The translations under genes were made by a program, and so were the position numbers. From Tagaea sp. (GTDB lineage Bacteria; Pseudomonadota; Alphaproteobacteria; CACIAM-22H2): DNA of 64,000 nt. Within the stretch, counting starts at the first letter, position 1, and each line of letters starts with the position of its first letter. The notes under the pieces were generated by a model. The model saw nothing but the letters and a program-made list of their open reading frames with translations, was not told where the DNA came from and searched no databases. Positions 8,479 through 16,961 of this stretch are shown in pieces. The stretch covers positions 1,696,001-1,760,000 of the forward strand of contig CBDIIB010000005.1 of the NCBI GenBank assembly GCA_965279525.1, read 5' to 3'.

Positions 8479-9810
8479 GTGGCAGGCATAAAGCAGGTCG
8501 AGCGCAGGAAGCTGGGGCGCGAGGAGCTGTCAAAGCGCGTCGCCGCGCACGAACGCTTCTTGAAGAAGCAGTCCGGCGGCGTGCGCCTGCAGATCAATTT
8601 CTGCGTGGCGGCGCGCAACGACCTGCACGACCGCGACCTCGCCGAGGCCGAGCTCGTCGGCGCCGACCTGACCGAATGCGATTTCAGCCGCACGAACCTG
8701 TCGCGCGCCAACCTGTTCGGCGCGAACCTGACCCACGCGTGCCTGACCGACGCCAATCTCAGCCGCGTCGACCTGCGCGGGGCGGTGCTGAAGGGCGCCA
8801 ATCTCGAGGGCGCCGACCTCACGCGCGCGGACATCCGCGACGGGTTCCTGGTGACCGCCAACGAGAACGGCGAGTTCGACTACTCGGTCGTGCTGACGCA
8901 GAAATCGTCGATCGACGGCGCAAAGTTCGCCGGCGCCAATCTCGGCGAGGCGAAGCTGGGCCGGATCGTCGGCCAGTCGACCGATCTCACCAACTGCAAC
9001 CTGCGCGGCGCCAATCTCACCGGTGCGGACCTCTCGAACTCGAACCTGTCGGGCGTGGTGTTCACCGGCGCCGACCTTTCCGACGCGAACCTGTCGAACT
9101 GCAAGCTCAACGGCGCCGTGCTGGTCGGCGCCATCATGGCCGGCGCCAATCTCGACGGCGCCGACATGTGTGCGTGCCATTTCGTCATCGGCGACATGGA
9201 GAAGTGCGATCTTTCGCGCGCCGTCCTGCCGCGCACGCTCGCCGACATCGGCATGTCGTTCGGCGACATGGTCGTGGCGCACAACGACTGGCTGCGCACC
9301 GGCGGCGCGCAAGGTGCCCAGGTCACGATCGACGGCGTGGATCTGGGCCCCATCGAATGGCCCGGCGTGACGCTGTCGGCCGCCAGGCTCCAGCGCATCA
9401 CGCTCGTGGGCGCCAAGCTGCCGTCGGCGCGTTTCGACATGGCCAATCTCGAAGGCTCGATGCTCGCCGGCGTCGACATCTCGAACGGCTCGCTGCGCGG
9501 GGCCAATCTCGACAAGGCGGTGCTCGACGGCGCCAACATGCGCGACACCGATTTCTCGCCGCTGCCGCTGGCGGGCGTGGCCAACAGCAAATGGCCGGCG
9601 CGCGCCAAGGGCATCCGCGGGCACAAGACCGATTTCCGCGGCGCCAACCTGAAGGGCGTCGATTTCACCGAATCCTCGCTGCGCGACGCGGATTTCCGCG
9701 AAGCCGACCTCACGGGGGCACGGCTCGTCGATTGCGACCTGACGGGGGCCGACCTGCGCGAGGCGATCACGGCCGACGCGGACCTGCGCGGCGTTATCGG
9801 GATGAAGTGA
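8479..9810 (+). CDS. Pentapeptide-repeat protein, bipartite
   Basis: Long A[DN]Lxx runs (GADLT, RANLF, GANLE...); two helical cap modules AAHERFL..GG and VAHNDWL..GG..G. Confidence 0.92.
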   Translation: MAGIKQVERRKLGREELSKRVAAHERFLKKQSGGVRLQINFCVAARNDLHDRDLAEAELVGADLTECDFSRTNLSRANLFGANLTHACLTDANLSRVDLRGAVLKGANLEGADLTRADIRDGFLVTANENGEFDYSVVLTQKSSIDGAKFAGANLGEAKLGRIVGQSTDLTNCNLRGANLTGADLSNSNLSGVVFTGADLSDANLSNCKLNGAVLVGAIMAGANLDGADMCACHFVIGDMEKCDLSRAVLPRTLADIGMSFGDMVVAHNDWLRTGGAQGAQVTIDGVDLGPIEWPGVTLSAARLQRITLVGAKLPSARFDMANLEGSMLAGVDISNGSLRGANLDKAVLDGANMRDTDFSPLPLAGVANSKWPARAKGIRGHKTDFRGANLKGVDFTESSLRDADFREADLTGARLVDCDLTGADLREAITADADLRGVIGMK

Positions 9811-9828
9811 CGGAAAAGACCCGCCGCG

Positions 9829-10305
9829 TCAGACGCGGCGCGGGGCGGGGCCGAGGCGGCGCTTTTCCACGGTGAAGCTGCGCGTGGCCGAAGTCGGCCG
9901 GCTGACGATCGGCTGGCTGAGGCCGAGCCGGTCGGCGTCGGGGCGCAGATGGGCCGGCAGCGGGCCGCCGTCCATCGGGCGCGTCGGGCGACGGCGTGCC
10001 GCCTTGGCGCGCGGCGGCTTCTTGGCCTTCACGTCGGCCAGGCGCACCTCGATCTTGCGCTCGCCCACGGTCGACCCGTCGAGGGCGGCGATGGCCGCCT
10101 TGCAGTGCGCCTCGGTCGCCATCGTCACGAAGGCATAGCCGATCGCCTTGCCGGTCGCGGGATCGGTCGGCACCTGGGCCTGGATCACGATGCCGTGCGC
10201 GTCGAACAGGTCGGCGAGCTTCTCGGCATCGATCCCGAACGGCACGTTGCCCACGAACAGGCGCGTGTTGTAGCTCTTGGCGGGTGTGGCGGCGGTCTTC
10301 GGCAT
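9829..10305 (-). CDS. RRM RNA-binding protein
   Basis: RNP2 LFVGNV, RNP1 IGYAFVTM, basic C-terminal tail. Confidence 0.88.
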   Translation of the reverse strand: MPKTAATPAKSYNTRLFVGNVPFGIDAEKLADLFDAHGIVIQAQVPTDPATGKAIGYAFVTMATEAHCKAAIAALDGSTVGERKIEVRLADVKAKKPPRAKAARRRPTRPMDGGPLPAHLRPDADRLGLSQPIVSRPTSATRSFTVEKRRLGPAPRRV

Positions 10306-10571
10306 CTGGTCTGTCCCCGGAGGGCGGCGGACGCGTTGGCCCGGCACCCAAGTTAGCAGTCTGATCCTTTCGCTTCCCCGCGACTCGCGGGAAACGCTCG
10401 TCCCTGATCTGCTATTCCCGCATGGCGCGGGACGCCGACTTGGACTTGCAAAACGCTCACCAGACACATCCTCGTTGCAAACTGCGGCAATAGGATGACA
10501 GCGATTGGGGCTTGAAGGGACCGGCCCGCCGGGCTTAGTTTCGGGCCTTCAGACTCCGGACGGATCGAGAA

Positions 10572-10973
10572 TTGTTCAAGAAATTCCGCGCATTGGTCGT
10601 CGACGACGACGGCACGACACGGCTCATGCTCCGCAACATGCTCGAAGCGCTCGAGTTCATGGCGGTCGAGACGGCCGCAGGCGCCGAGGGCGCCAAGCTC
10701 GCTTTCCAGACGTCGCCCGACCAGTGGCCGGACGTTTTGCTGTGCGATGTCAACATGAAGCCGACCAGCGGGCTCGAACTGGTCGCGTGGATGAAGTCGC
10801 AGCCCAAGATCGTCGCGCACAACGTGCCCGTCGTGATGGTAACCGCGCACTCCGACGCGCCGATCGTGCGCCGGGCGATGGAGCTTGGCGTCTCGGGATA
10901 CCTGATCAAGCCGGTGCAGCCGCTCGCCCTGCGCGTGCGGATGGAAAAAGCGCTGCTGCCGCGCGCGTTCTAG
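10572..10973 (+). CDS. Single-domain response regulator (CheY-like)
   Basis: LVVDDD, LLCDVNMKP, VMVTA, YLIKPV. Confidence 0.9.
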   Translation: MFKKFRALVVDDDGTTRLMLRNMLEALEFMAVETAAGAEGAKLAFQTSPDQWPDVLLCDVNMKPTSGLELVAWMKSQPKIVAHNVPVVMVTAHSDAPIVRRAMELGVSGYLIKPVQPLALRVRMEKALLPRAF

Positions 10974-10974
10974 T

Positions 10975-12417
10975 TCAGGCGAAAAACCGCACGAGCCACA
11001 GGGCGAGGCCCGGGATGGCGACGACGAGCGCCAGGCGCAGCACGTCGGCCGCGATGAAGGGCAGCACGCGCCGGTAGGTCTGCTGGATGGGCACGTTGCG
11101 CGTGATCGCCGAGATGACGAACACGTTGAGGCCGATGGGCGGTGCCGTCAGCCCGATGCCCACGACGATCAGCACGAGGATGCCGAACCAGATGGCGACG
11201 TCGTCCGGCGTCATGCCGAAATCGAGCGCCTGCACGATCGGGAAGAACACCGGCAGCGTCAGCAGGATCATCGCAAGCTCGTCCATCACGGCACCCAGCA
11301 GGATGTAGATCGCGAGCATCGTGACGAGCACGATATAGGGCGACACGCCCATGCCGCCGACGAAATCGGCCACGGAAGTCGGCAGTCGGGCGAGTGCGAG
11401 GAACGCGCCGAACACTTCGGCCCCCAGCAGGATCATGAAGATCATGCCCGAGGTTTCCGCCGTCTGGCGCACGGCATCGACGATCTCGCGCCAGCCGAGC
11501 GTGCGCTGGGCAAGCCCGACGAGCAGCATGGCGAGTGCACCGACGGAAGCACCCTCGGTGGGCGTGAAGATGCCCCCGTAGATGCCGCCGACCACGACGA
11601 TGGCGACGGCGATCGCGGGGACCACTTCGGTATCGACGACCGCGATGACGAGGGCAAGGCCGGCGATGGCGACAGCGAGGCCCGGCCCGATCGATCCGCG
11701 CAAGAACAGCGTCGCGCAGAGCGCCACCAGTGCCGCGGCCGCGAACTTGGGCCAGCGCGCCTTGCGTGCCGGTGCGGCGATCTCGACTGCGGCAAGCGGC
11801 GCAAGCTGCGGGCTGCGGCGCACCATCAGCGCGATGGTGATGCAGTAGAAGATCGCGGCGAGCACGCCGGGGATCAGCGCCGCCTGGAACAGCTTGGCGA
11901 TGTTCTGCTCGGTCGTGATCGCGTAGACGACGAGGATGACCGACGGCGGGACGAGGATGCCGAGCGTACCGCCCACCGCGATGGTCGCCGAGGAAAAGCC
12001 CCGGTCGTAGCCGAAGCGGTCGAGCTCGGGCATCGCCGCGCGCCCGAACGTGGCGGTCGTGGCGACCGACGAGCCGCAGATGGCGCCGAAGGCCGTGCAC
12101 GCCCCGATCACCGCCATGGCAAGCCCGCCGCGCCGGCGCCCGAAGGCACGCTCGGCCGCCAGGAACAGGGCGCGCGCGATGCCCGCGCGTTCGGCAAGTG
12201 CCCCCATCAGGATGAAAAGCGGGATGACCGACAGCGTGTAGTTGGCGAACTGGTGGTAGGTGTTGGTCTTCATGTAGCCGAAGAGCGCGTTCCAGCTCGA
12301 CAGCGTGCAGTAGCCGACCCCGCCCACCAGCAGCATCGCAAGCCCGATGGGGGCGCGAAGCGCGATGAGCGCGAGCATCGCGACGAAGCCCAGCGACGCG
12401 AGAAGTGCTCCGCTCAA
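10975..12417 (-). CDS. dctM: TRAP transporter large permease
   Basis: IPLFILMG, GAICGSSVAT, GTLGILVPPS, GIFTPTEG, TAPPIGLN; TTG start overlaps the dctQ stop. Confidence 0.93.
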   Translation of the reverse strand: MSGALLASLGFVAMLALIALRAPIGLAMLLVGGVGYCTLSSWNALFGYMKTNTYHQFANYTLSVIPLFILMGALAERAGIARALFLAAERAFGRRRGGLAMAVIGACTAFGAICGSSVATTATFGRAAMPELDRFGYDRGFSSATIAVGGTLGILVPPSVILVVYAITTEQNIAKLFQAALIPGVLAAIFYCITIALMVRRSPQLAPLAAVEIAAPARKARWPKFAAAALVALCATLFLRGSIGPGLAVAIAGLALVIAVVDTEVVPAIAVAIVVVGGIYGGIFTPTEGASVGALAMLLVGLAQRTLGWREIVDAVRQTAETSGMIFMILLGAEVFGAFLALARLPTSVADFVGGMGVSPYIVLVTMLAIYILLGAVMDELAMILLTLPVFFPIVQALDFGMTPDDVAIWFGILVLIVVGIGLTAPPIGLNVFVISAITRNVPIQQTYRRVLPFIAADVLRLALVVAIPGLALWLVRFFA

Positions 12418-12941
12418 CGTGACCCCCGCGCCTTGAGGCCCCGCGCCTTGAGGAAGGCGGTCGCCGTCGCGGTCGCCGCCAGCAGCGCGCACAAGGCGGC
12501 GCACAGCAGGATGAAGGGCCACATCTGGAGCTGGAGTTCGCTCGTCGTCTCGTAGTTCTCGCGCGCGTCGAACGTGCCGAGATAGAGGCCGTAGGCGCAC
12601 GCCGCCATGCAGGCCGCGAAGACGAGATCCCAGAACGCGTCCATCACGTCGCGCACGCGCTGTGGCAGGCGCTGGGTGAAGGTGTCGACCATGATGTTGG
12701 CGCGGCGCGCCTGCGTATAGGGCAGGTAGGCGAACACGGCGCACGCCGTGGCGATGCGCACGAGTTCGAAATCGCCGCGCACCGGCAGGTAGAAGAGCCA
12801 GCGCCCCAGCACGCTGACGACCACGAGCGTGGCGACACCCACGGCGAGCACGCCGCCGAGTGCGGCGGACACGCCCATCAGCCGGTCGAGAGTTCCGTGC
12901 GGGGGCTCGCCCCCGGTCGGGGAAGTCGCGTCGACGTCCAT
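12414..12941 (-). CDS. dctQ: TRAP transporter small permease
   Basis: Four TM segments, SVLGRW..P..GDFELV, NIMVD. Confidence 0.88.
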   Translation of the reverse strand: MDVDATSPTGGEPPHGTLDRLMGVSAALGGVLAVGVATLVVVSVLGRWLFYLPVRGDFELVRIATACAVFAYLPYTQARRANIMVDTFTQRLPQRVRDVMDAFWDLVFAACMAACAYGLYLGTFDARENYETTSELQLQMWPFILLCAALCALLAATATATAFLKARGLKARGSR

Positions 12942-12991
12942 CGGGTCCGAAACTTCCTAGCCGTTCCGCGAAGGACGTCGACGCATGCGTG

Positions 12992-14041
12992 TCAGGCCGC
13001 CGTCGCGTGCTTGGCGAGCAGGGCCTTGAACGAGTCGGCGAGCTTGGCGCCGTCGAGGTTGCGGCCCTTCATCTGGGTGGCCCATTCCGCCCAGACCGGT
13101 TCCGTCGCCCGGACCCAGCGCGCCTTCTCGGCCGCGGTGATCGTCGAGATCGCGTTGCCGCGCGCCTTGACCATGTCGGAGACGGTCTTGGCTTCGGCGT
13201 CCCACATGTTTCCGGCAAGACGCGCGAACGCGGCACCGGAGTTGCGGTCGACGATCTGGCGCAGCTCGCCGGGCAGCCCGTCGTACTTCGCCTTGTTCAT
13301 CGCGAGGAAGAACGAGGCGGTGTAGAGCGTCGGCGTGCCCGGGATGGCGGTGTGGAACTTGACCAGCTCGTGCACGCGCACGGCCGGCACCACTTCCCAC
13401 GGGATGACCGCGCCGTCGATGACCTTCTGCGCGAGGCTTTCGGCGACCTGCGGGACCGGCATGTTGACCGGGGTGGCGCCGAGCGCACGCAGCGCTTCGC
13501 CCGTCAGGCGCGCGGGGCTGCGCAGCTTGAGGCCGCGCAGGTCTTCCATCGTCTTGACCTCTTTCGAGGCGTGGATGAGGCCCGCGTCGTGCGCCCAGAA
13601 CGACAGCAGCTTCAGCTCCTTCGTCTCGTCGGCCAGGTTCGCGTCGGCGAATTCCTGGGCGGCCAGCGAATTGACGATGCCGCGGTCCGACGCGATGAAC
13701 GGCAACTCGACCGTCTCGGTGATCGGGAAGCGGCCGGGCGTGTAGCCGGGCAGCGTCCACACGATGTCGACCACGCCGTCGCGCGCCTGGTTGAAGAGCT
13801 GCGGGGGCGTGCCGCCGAGCTGCATGCCGGGGAAGATCTCGATCTTGATGGCGTTGTTGCTGTCGGCCATGACCTTTGCGGCCCACGGGGCCAGCATCTT
13901 GGCGTGGCCGTTGGACTGCGGCCCGAGGAAGTGGTGCAGGCGCAGCGTGACGGCCTGCGCGCTGGCCGGACGCACGATGGCCGGGGCGGCCATGAGGGCC
14001 GCACCGGCGGCGGTTGCCTGAAGGAAATCGCGACGGTTCAT
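12992..14041 (-). CDS. dctP: TRAP substrate-binding protein, Tat-exported
   Basis: MNRRDFL Tat motif; LHHFL, MQLGG, GYTPGRFP, DLRGLKLR. Confidence 0.93.
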   Translation of the reverse strand: MNRRDFLQATAAGAALMAAPAIVRPASAQAVTLRLHHFLGPQSNGHAKMLAPWAAKVMADSNNAIKIEIFPGMQLGGTPPQLFNQARDGVVDIVWTLPGYTPGRFPITETVELPFIASDRGIVNSLAAQEFADANLADETKELKLLSFWAHDAGLIHASKEVKTMEDLRGLKLRSPARLTGEALRALGATPVNMPVPQVAESLAQKVIDGAVIPWEVVPAVRVHELVKFHTAIPGTPTLYTASFFLAMNKAKYDGLPGELRQIVDRNSGAAFARLAGNMWDAEAKTVSDMVKARGNAISTITAAEKARWVRATEPVWAEWATQMKGRNLDGAKLADSFKALLAKHATAA

Positions 14042-14189
14042 GGGAAAGTTCCTCGCCTGTCGAACCGGATTCGGCCCTGACGGCCGCGCGGTTCTGGTTG
14101 TTCGATGTCGCGGACCCTAGCACGGCGCCCGATTGGTGCAAAAGCCCCGGCGGCGCCCTAAACTCCCGGCAAACCGGAGGATTCGGAAG

Positions 14190-14912
14190 ATGCGCGAACA
14201 TGCCGTGGCCCGCCGCGAACTGGCTGCCGCCCTGCGCTGGGCGGCCCGGCTGGGCCTCAACGAAGGCAACTGCAACCATTTCAGCCTGCAGGTCGCACCC
14301 GACCGCTTCTTGGTCAATCCGTGGGGGCCGCACTGGCGCGAGATGAAGGCGAGCGACCTGCTGCTGATCGACGCGAAGGGCACGATCCTCGAAGGCAAAT
14401 GGCCGATCGAGGACACGGCGCTGCACATCCACACGCGCATCCATATCCGCCATCCCGATGCCGTCGCCGTGTTCCACACCCACATGCCCTATGCGACGGC
14501 ATTGTGCGCGATCGACGGCGGGCGGCTGGAGCCGTGCATCCAGTCGGGCCTGCGCTTCTATGACCGCATCGCCTACGACGAGGACTACAACGGCTTCGCG
14601 CACGGGCCCGAGGAGGGCGACCGCATGGCCGCCAAGATGGACGGCAAGCCCGTGCTGTTCCTCGCCAACCACGGCATCATCGTCACCGGGCCGACGGTCG
14701 CCCAGGCGTTCGACGATCTCTATTATCTCGAGCGCGCCGCGACCATCCAGGTGCTCGCGATGTCGACCGGCAAGCCGTTGCGCATCGTCCCCGGCCAGAT
14801 CGCCGCGCGCACCGCGCGCGAGAAGGCGCAGGGGCGCAAGGCCTACGACGAAGCGCACTTCGCCTCGATCCTGCGCATGCTCGACCGCGAGGAACCGGAG
14901 TATGCGGAGTAG
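14190..14912 (+). CDS. Class II aldolase/adducin family protein
   Basis: EGNCNHFS, IHTRIH, VFHTHMPY, LFLANHG. Confidence 0.9.
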   Translation: MREHAVARRELAAALRWAARLGLNEGNCNHFSLQVAPDRFLVNPWGPHWREMKASDLLLIDAKGTILEGKWPIEDTALHIHTRIHIRHPDAVAVFHTHMPYATALCAIDGGRLEPCIQSGLRFYDRIAYDEDYNGFAHGPEEGDRMAAKMDGKPVLFLANHGIIVTGPTVAQAFDDLYYLERAATIQVLAMSTGKPLRIVPGQIAARTAREKAQGRKAYDEAHFASILRMLDREEPEYAE

Positions 14913-15041
14913 GGCGGTGCCACGCCTTTCCGTTGTAAAATGAAATTCCTATGATAGGATGATGTGTGGCTAACCATGACCCGTGGAAGGCCAGTGCGCG
15001 CCTTGTAGTCAAAAAGCGCGCGGACGTTACCAGCCTTCGTT

Positions 15042-15080
15042 TTCAATGGGTTAAATAGGTTACCGTAACCTGTCGTAACC
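15042..15080 (+). repeat. 39-bp dispersed element, copy A
   Basis: TTCAATGGGTTAAATAGGTTACCGTAACCTGTCGTAACC; 32/39 identical to the reverse complement of 49058-49096. Confidence 0.8.
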
Positions 15081-15123
15081 CATTCATTTTGCAGCCGCAG
15101 CGCAGCCATACAAAATTCGCAAC

Positions 15124-15152
15124 TTGACAAAATGAACGTTCATTCATTTTAT
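15124..15152 (+). promoter_or_regulatory. tetR promoter with overlapping palindromic operator
   Basis: TTGACA at 15124-15129; inverted repeat AAAATGAA-N6-TTCATTTT at 15129-15150, just before the ATG at 15160. Confidence 0.75.
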
Positions 15153-15159
15153 ACGCGCC

Positions 15160-15792
15160 ATGCCCCGCCTTGCCCCCCAGTCCGTCGCCGACCGCCGCGC
15201 CCGCATCCTCGATGCGGCGAAGAGCTGCTTCATCCGCTACGGCTTCCACAGCGCGTCGATGCAGCAGATCTGTGCCGCCGCCGAGATGAGTGCGGGCAAC
15301 CTCTACCGCTATTTCCCGTCGAAGGACGCGATCATCGAAGGCCTGTGCGAGCGCGACATGAGCGAGGCCGCCGAAGGCTTCGCCGCCGCGCGCGCAGGCG
15401 CCGACGTTCTCGCCGGTCTCGAAGGCATGCTGATGGAGTACATGTGGAAGCGCCCGCGCGAGCAGCTCTGCATGTGGACCGAGATTTCGGCCGAAGCCAC
15501 GCGCAGCGACGCGGTCAACCGCAACTCGCGGCGCGTCTACGCCTTCATCGAGAAGAGCCTTGGCGACGTGCTCGCGCACGGCATGAAAGCGGGCAGCGTG
15601 CGCAAGGGCATCGATACCGCCAGCTACGCCGCCTTGATGAACGCGGTGTTCGAAGGGCTGATGGTGCGCCGCGCGGTCGCGTCCGATTTCGATCCGCGCC
15701 CGACCATCCGCCAGTTCATGTCGCTCGTGCGCGCCGGGCTCGCCCCCGCCGTTTCCATCCCGAAAAAGAAGACCAGAGGAGCGCGCAAGTGA
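15160..15792 (+). CDS. TetR/AcrR family regulator
   Basis: RILDAA..F...GF..ASMQQI.....SAGNLYRYFPSK HTH. Confidence 0.93.
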   Translation: MPRLAPQSVADRRARILDAAKSCFIRYGFHSASMQQICAAAEMSAGNLYRYFPSKDAIIEGLCERDMSEAAEGFAAARAGADVLAGLEGMLMEYMWKRPREQLCMWTEISAEATRSDAVNRNSRRVYAFIEKSLGDVLAHGMKAGSVRKGIDTASYAALMNAVFEGLMVRRAVASDFDPRPTIRQFMSLVRAGLAPAVSIPKKKTRGARK

Positions 15793-16958
15793 TGCGCCGG
15801 ATATCGATACTCGTCGCCGCCCTGATCGCCATCGCGATGCCCGCACACGCCCAGACCGCCAAGGCCGAAGCCGCGCGCGGCAACCCGCCGCCGGCCGTGT
15901 CGGTCGTGGTCAGCGCCACGCGCGAGCTTGTCGACACGGTGCTCGTGACCGGCACGCTGGTGGCGCGCGAGGAAGTGCTGGTGCTCGCCGAGAACGAAGG
16001 CGCGCGCATCGCCGAAGTGCTGGTCGACGAGGGCGAAAGCGTGCGCCAGGGCCAGGTGCTGGCCCGGCTGTCGCGCGACCTGCTCGACGCCCAGTTCGCC
16101 CAGAACGCCGCCCAGCTTTCGCGCGCCGACGCGTCGATCGCGCAGGCCCGCGCCCAGATCGTCCAGGCCGACGCCGCCAGCGTCGAAGCCCAGCAGGCAC
16201 TCGAGCGCGCGCGCTCGCTTCGCAATTCCGGCAACGCCACCGAAGCCACGCTCGAACAGCGCGTGTCCGCCGCCCGCTCGGCGCAGGGGCGCCTCTCCGC
16301 TTCGCGTGACGGGCTCGCCTTCGCCATCGCCGAGAAGGCCCAGGTCGAGGCCCAGCGCCGCGAACTGCAGGTCCGCATCGAGCGCAGCGACGTCAAGGCG
16401 CCGCGCGCCGGCACGGTGTCGCGCCGCACGGCGCGCATCGGCCAGATGACCGGTGCCGGCGGCGAAGCGCTGTTCCGCATCGTCGCCGACGCCGAGATCG
16501 AACTGGAAGCCGAACTCCTCGAAACACGCATCGCCAGCCTCGCGGTCGGCCAGAGCGCGCGCATCTCGATCAGCGGCCGGCCCGACATCGCCGGCACCGT
16601 GCGTCTTGTTCCCGCCGAGATCGACCGCACGACGCGGCTGGGCAAGGTGCGTATCGCCCTGCCTCGGGATGCGGGCCTGCGGATCGGTGCCTTTGCGCGC
16701 GGCTCGATCGAGGTCGCGCGCCGCACGGTGCTGGCCGTTCCGGTCGGCGCCATCGTCTATGCCGACGACGGCGCCGCCGTGCAGATCGTCGACGGCACGA
16801 AGATCGTCGTGAAGCCGGTCAAGATCGGCCTCGTCGCCGACGGCCATGTCGAGATCCGCGAGGGCCTGACGCCTGATCTTCTGGTCGTGGCGCGCGCGGC
16901 AGGCTTCCTGCGCGAAGGCGACCAGGTCCGCCCGCTTCTCGCCGACAAGGCGCGCTGA
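15792..16958 (+). CDS. RND efflux membrane fusion protein
   Basis: Signal peptide, VDEGESVRQGQVLA lipoyl half-motif, coiled coil, VKAPRAGTV. Confidence 0.92.
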   Translation: MRRISILVAALIAIAMPAHAQTAKAEAARGNPPPAVSVVVSATRELVDTVLVTGTLVAREEVLVLAENEGARIAEVLVDEGESVRQGQVLARLSRDLLDAQFAQNAAQLSRADASIAQARAQIVQADAASVEAQQALERARSLRNSGNATEATLEQRVSAARSAQGRLSASRDGLAFAIAEKAQVEAQRRELQVRIERSDVKAPRAGTVSRRTARIGQMTGAGGEALFRIVADAEIELEAELLETRIASLAVGQSARISISGRPDIAGTVRLVPAEIDRTTRLGKVRIALPRDAGLRIGAFARGSIEVARRTVLAVPVGAIVYADDGAAVQIVDGTKIVVKPVKIGLVADGHVEIREGLTPDLLVVARAAGFLREGDQVRPLLADKAR

Positions 16959-16961
16959 GCC

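Noticed and set aside
8479-9810. Qnr-type quinolone resistance gene
   Set aside because: It is about twice the length, has capped modules and host-like codon use, and has no mobile context.
10975-14912. Novel catabolic system in the TRAP plus aldolase genes
   Set aside because: This is a common arrangement, and the substrate cannot be inferred from sequence.
14930-14975. dif site
   Set aside because: AT-rich and palindromic, but it lacks the XerD arm TTATG(T/G)(T/A)AA and the 11-6-11 layout.
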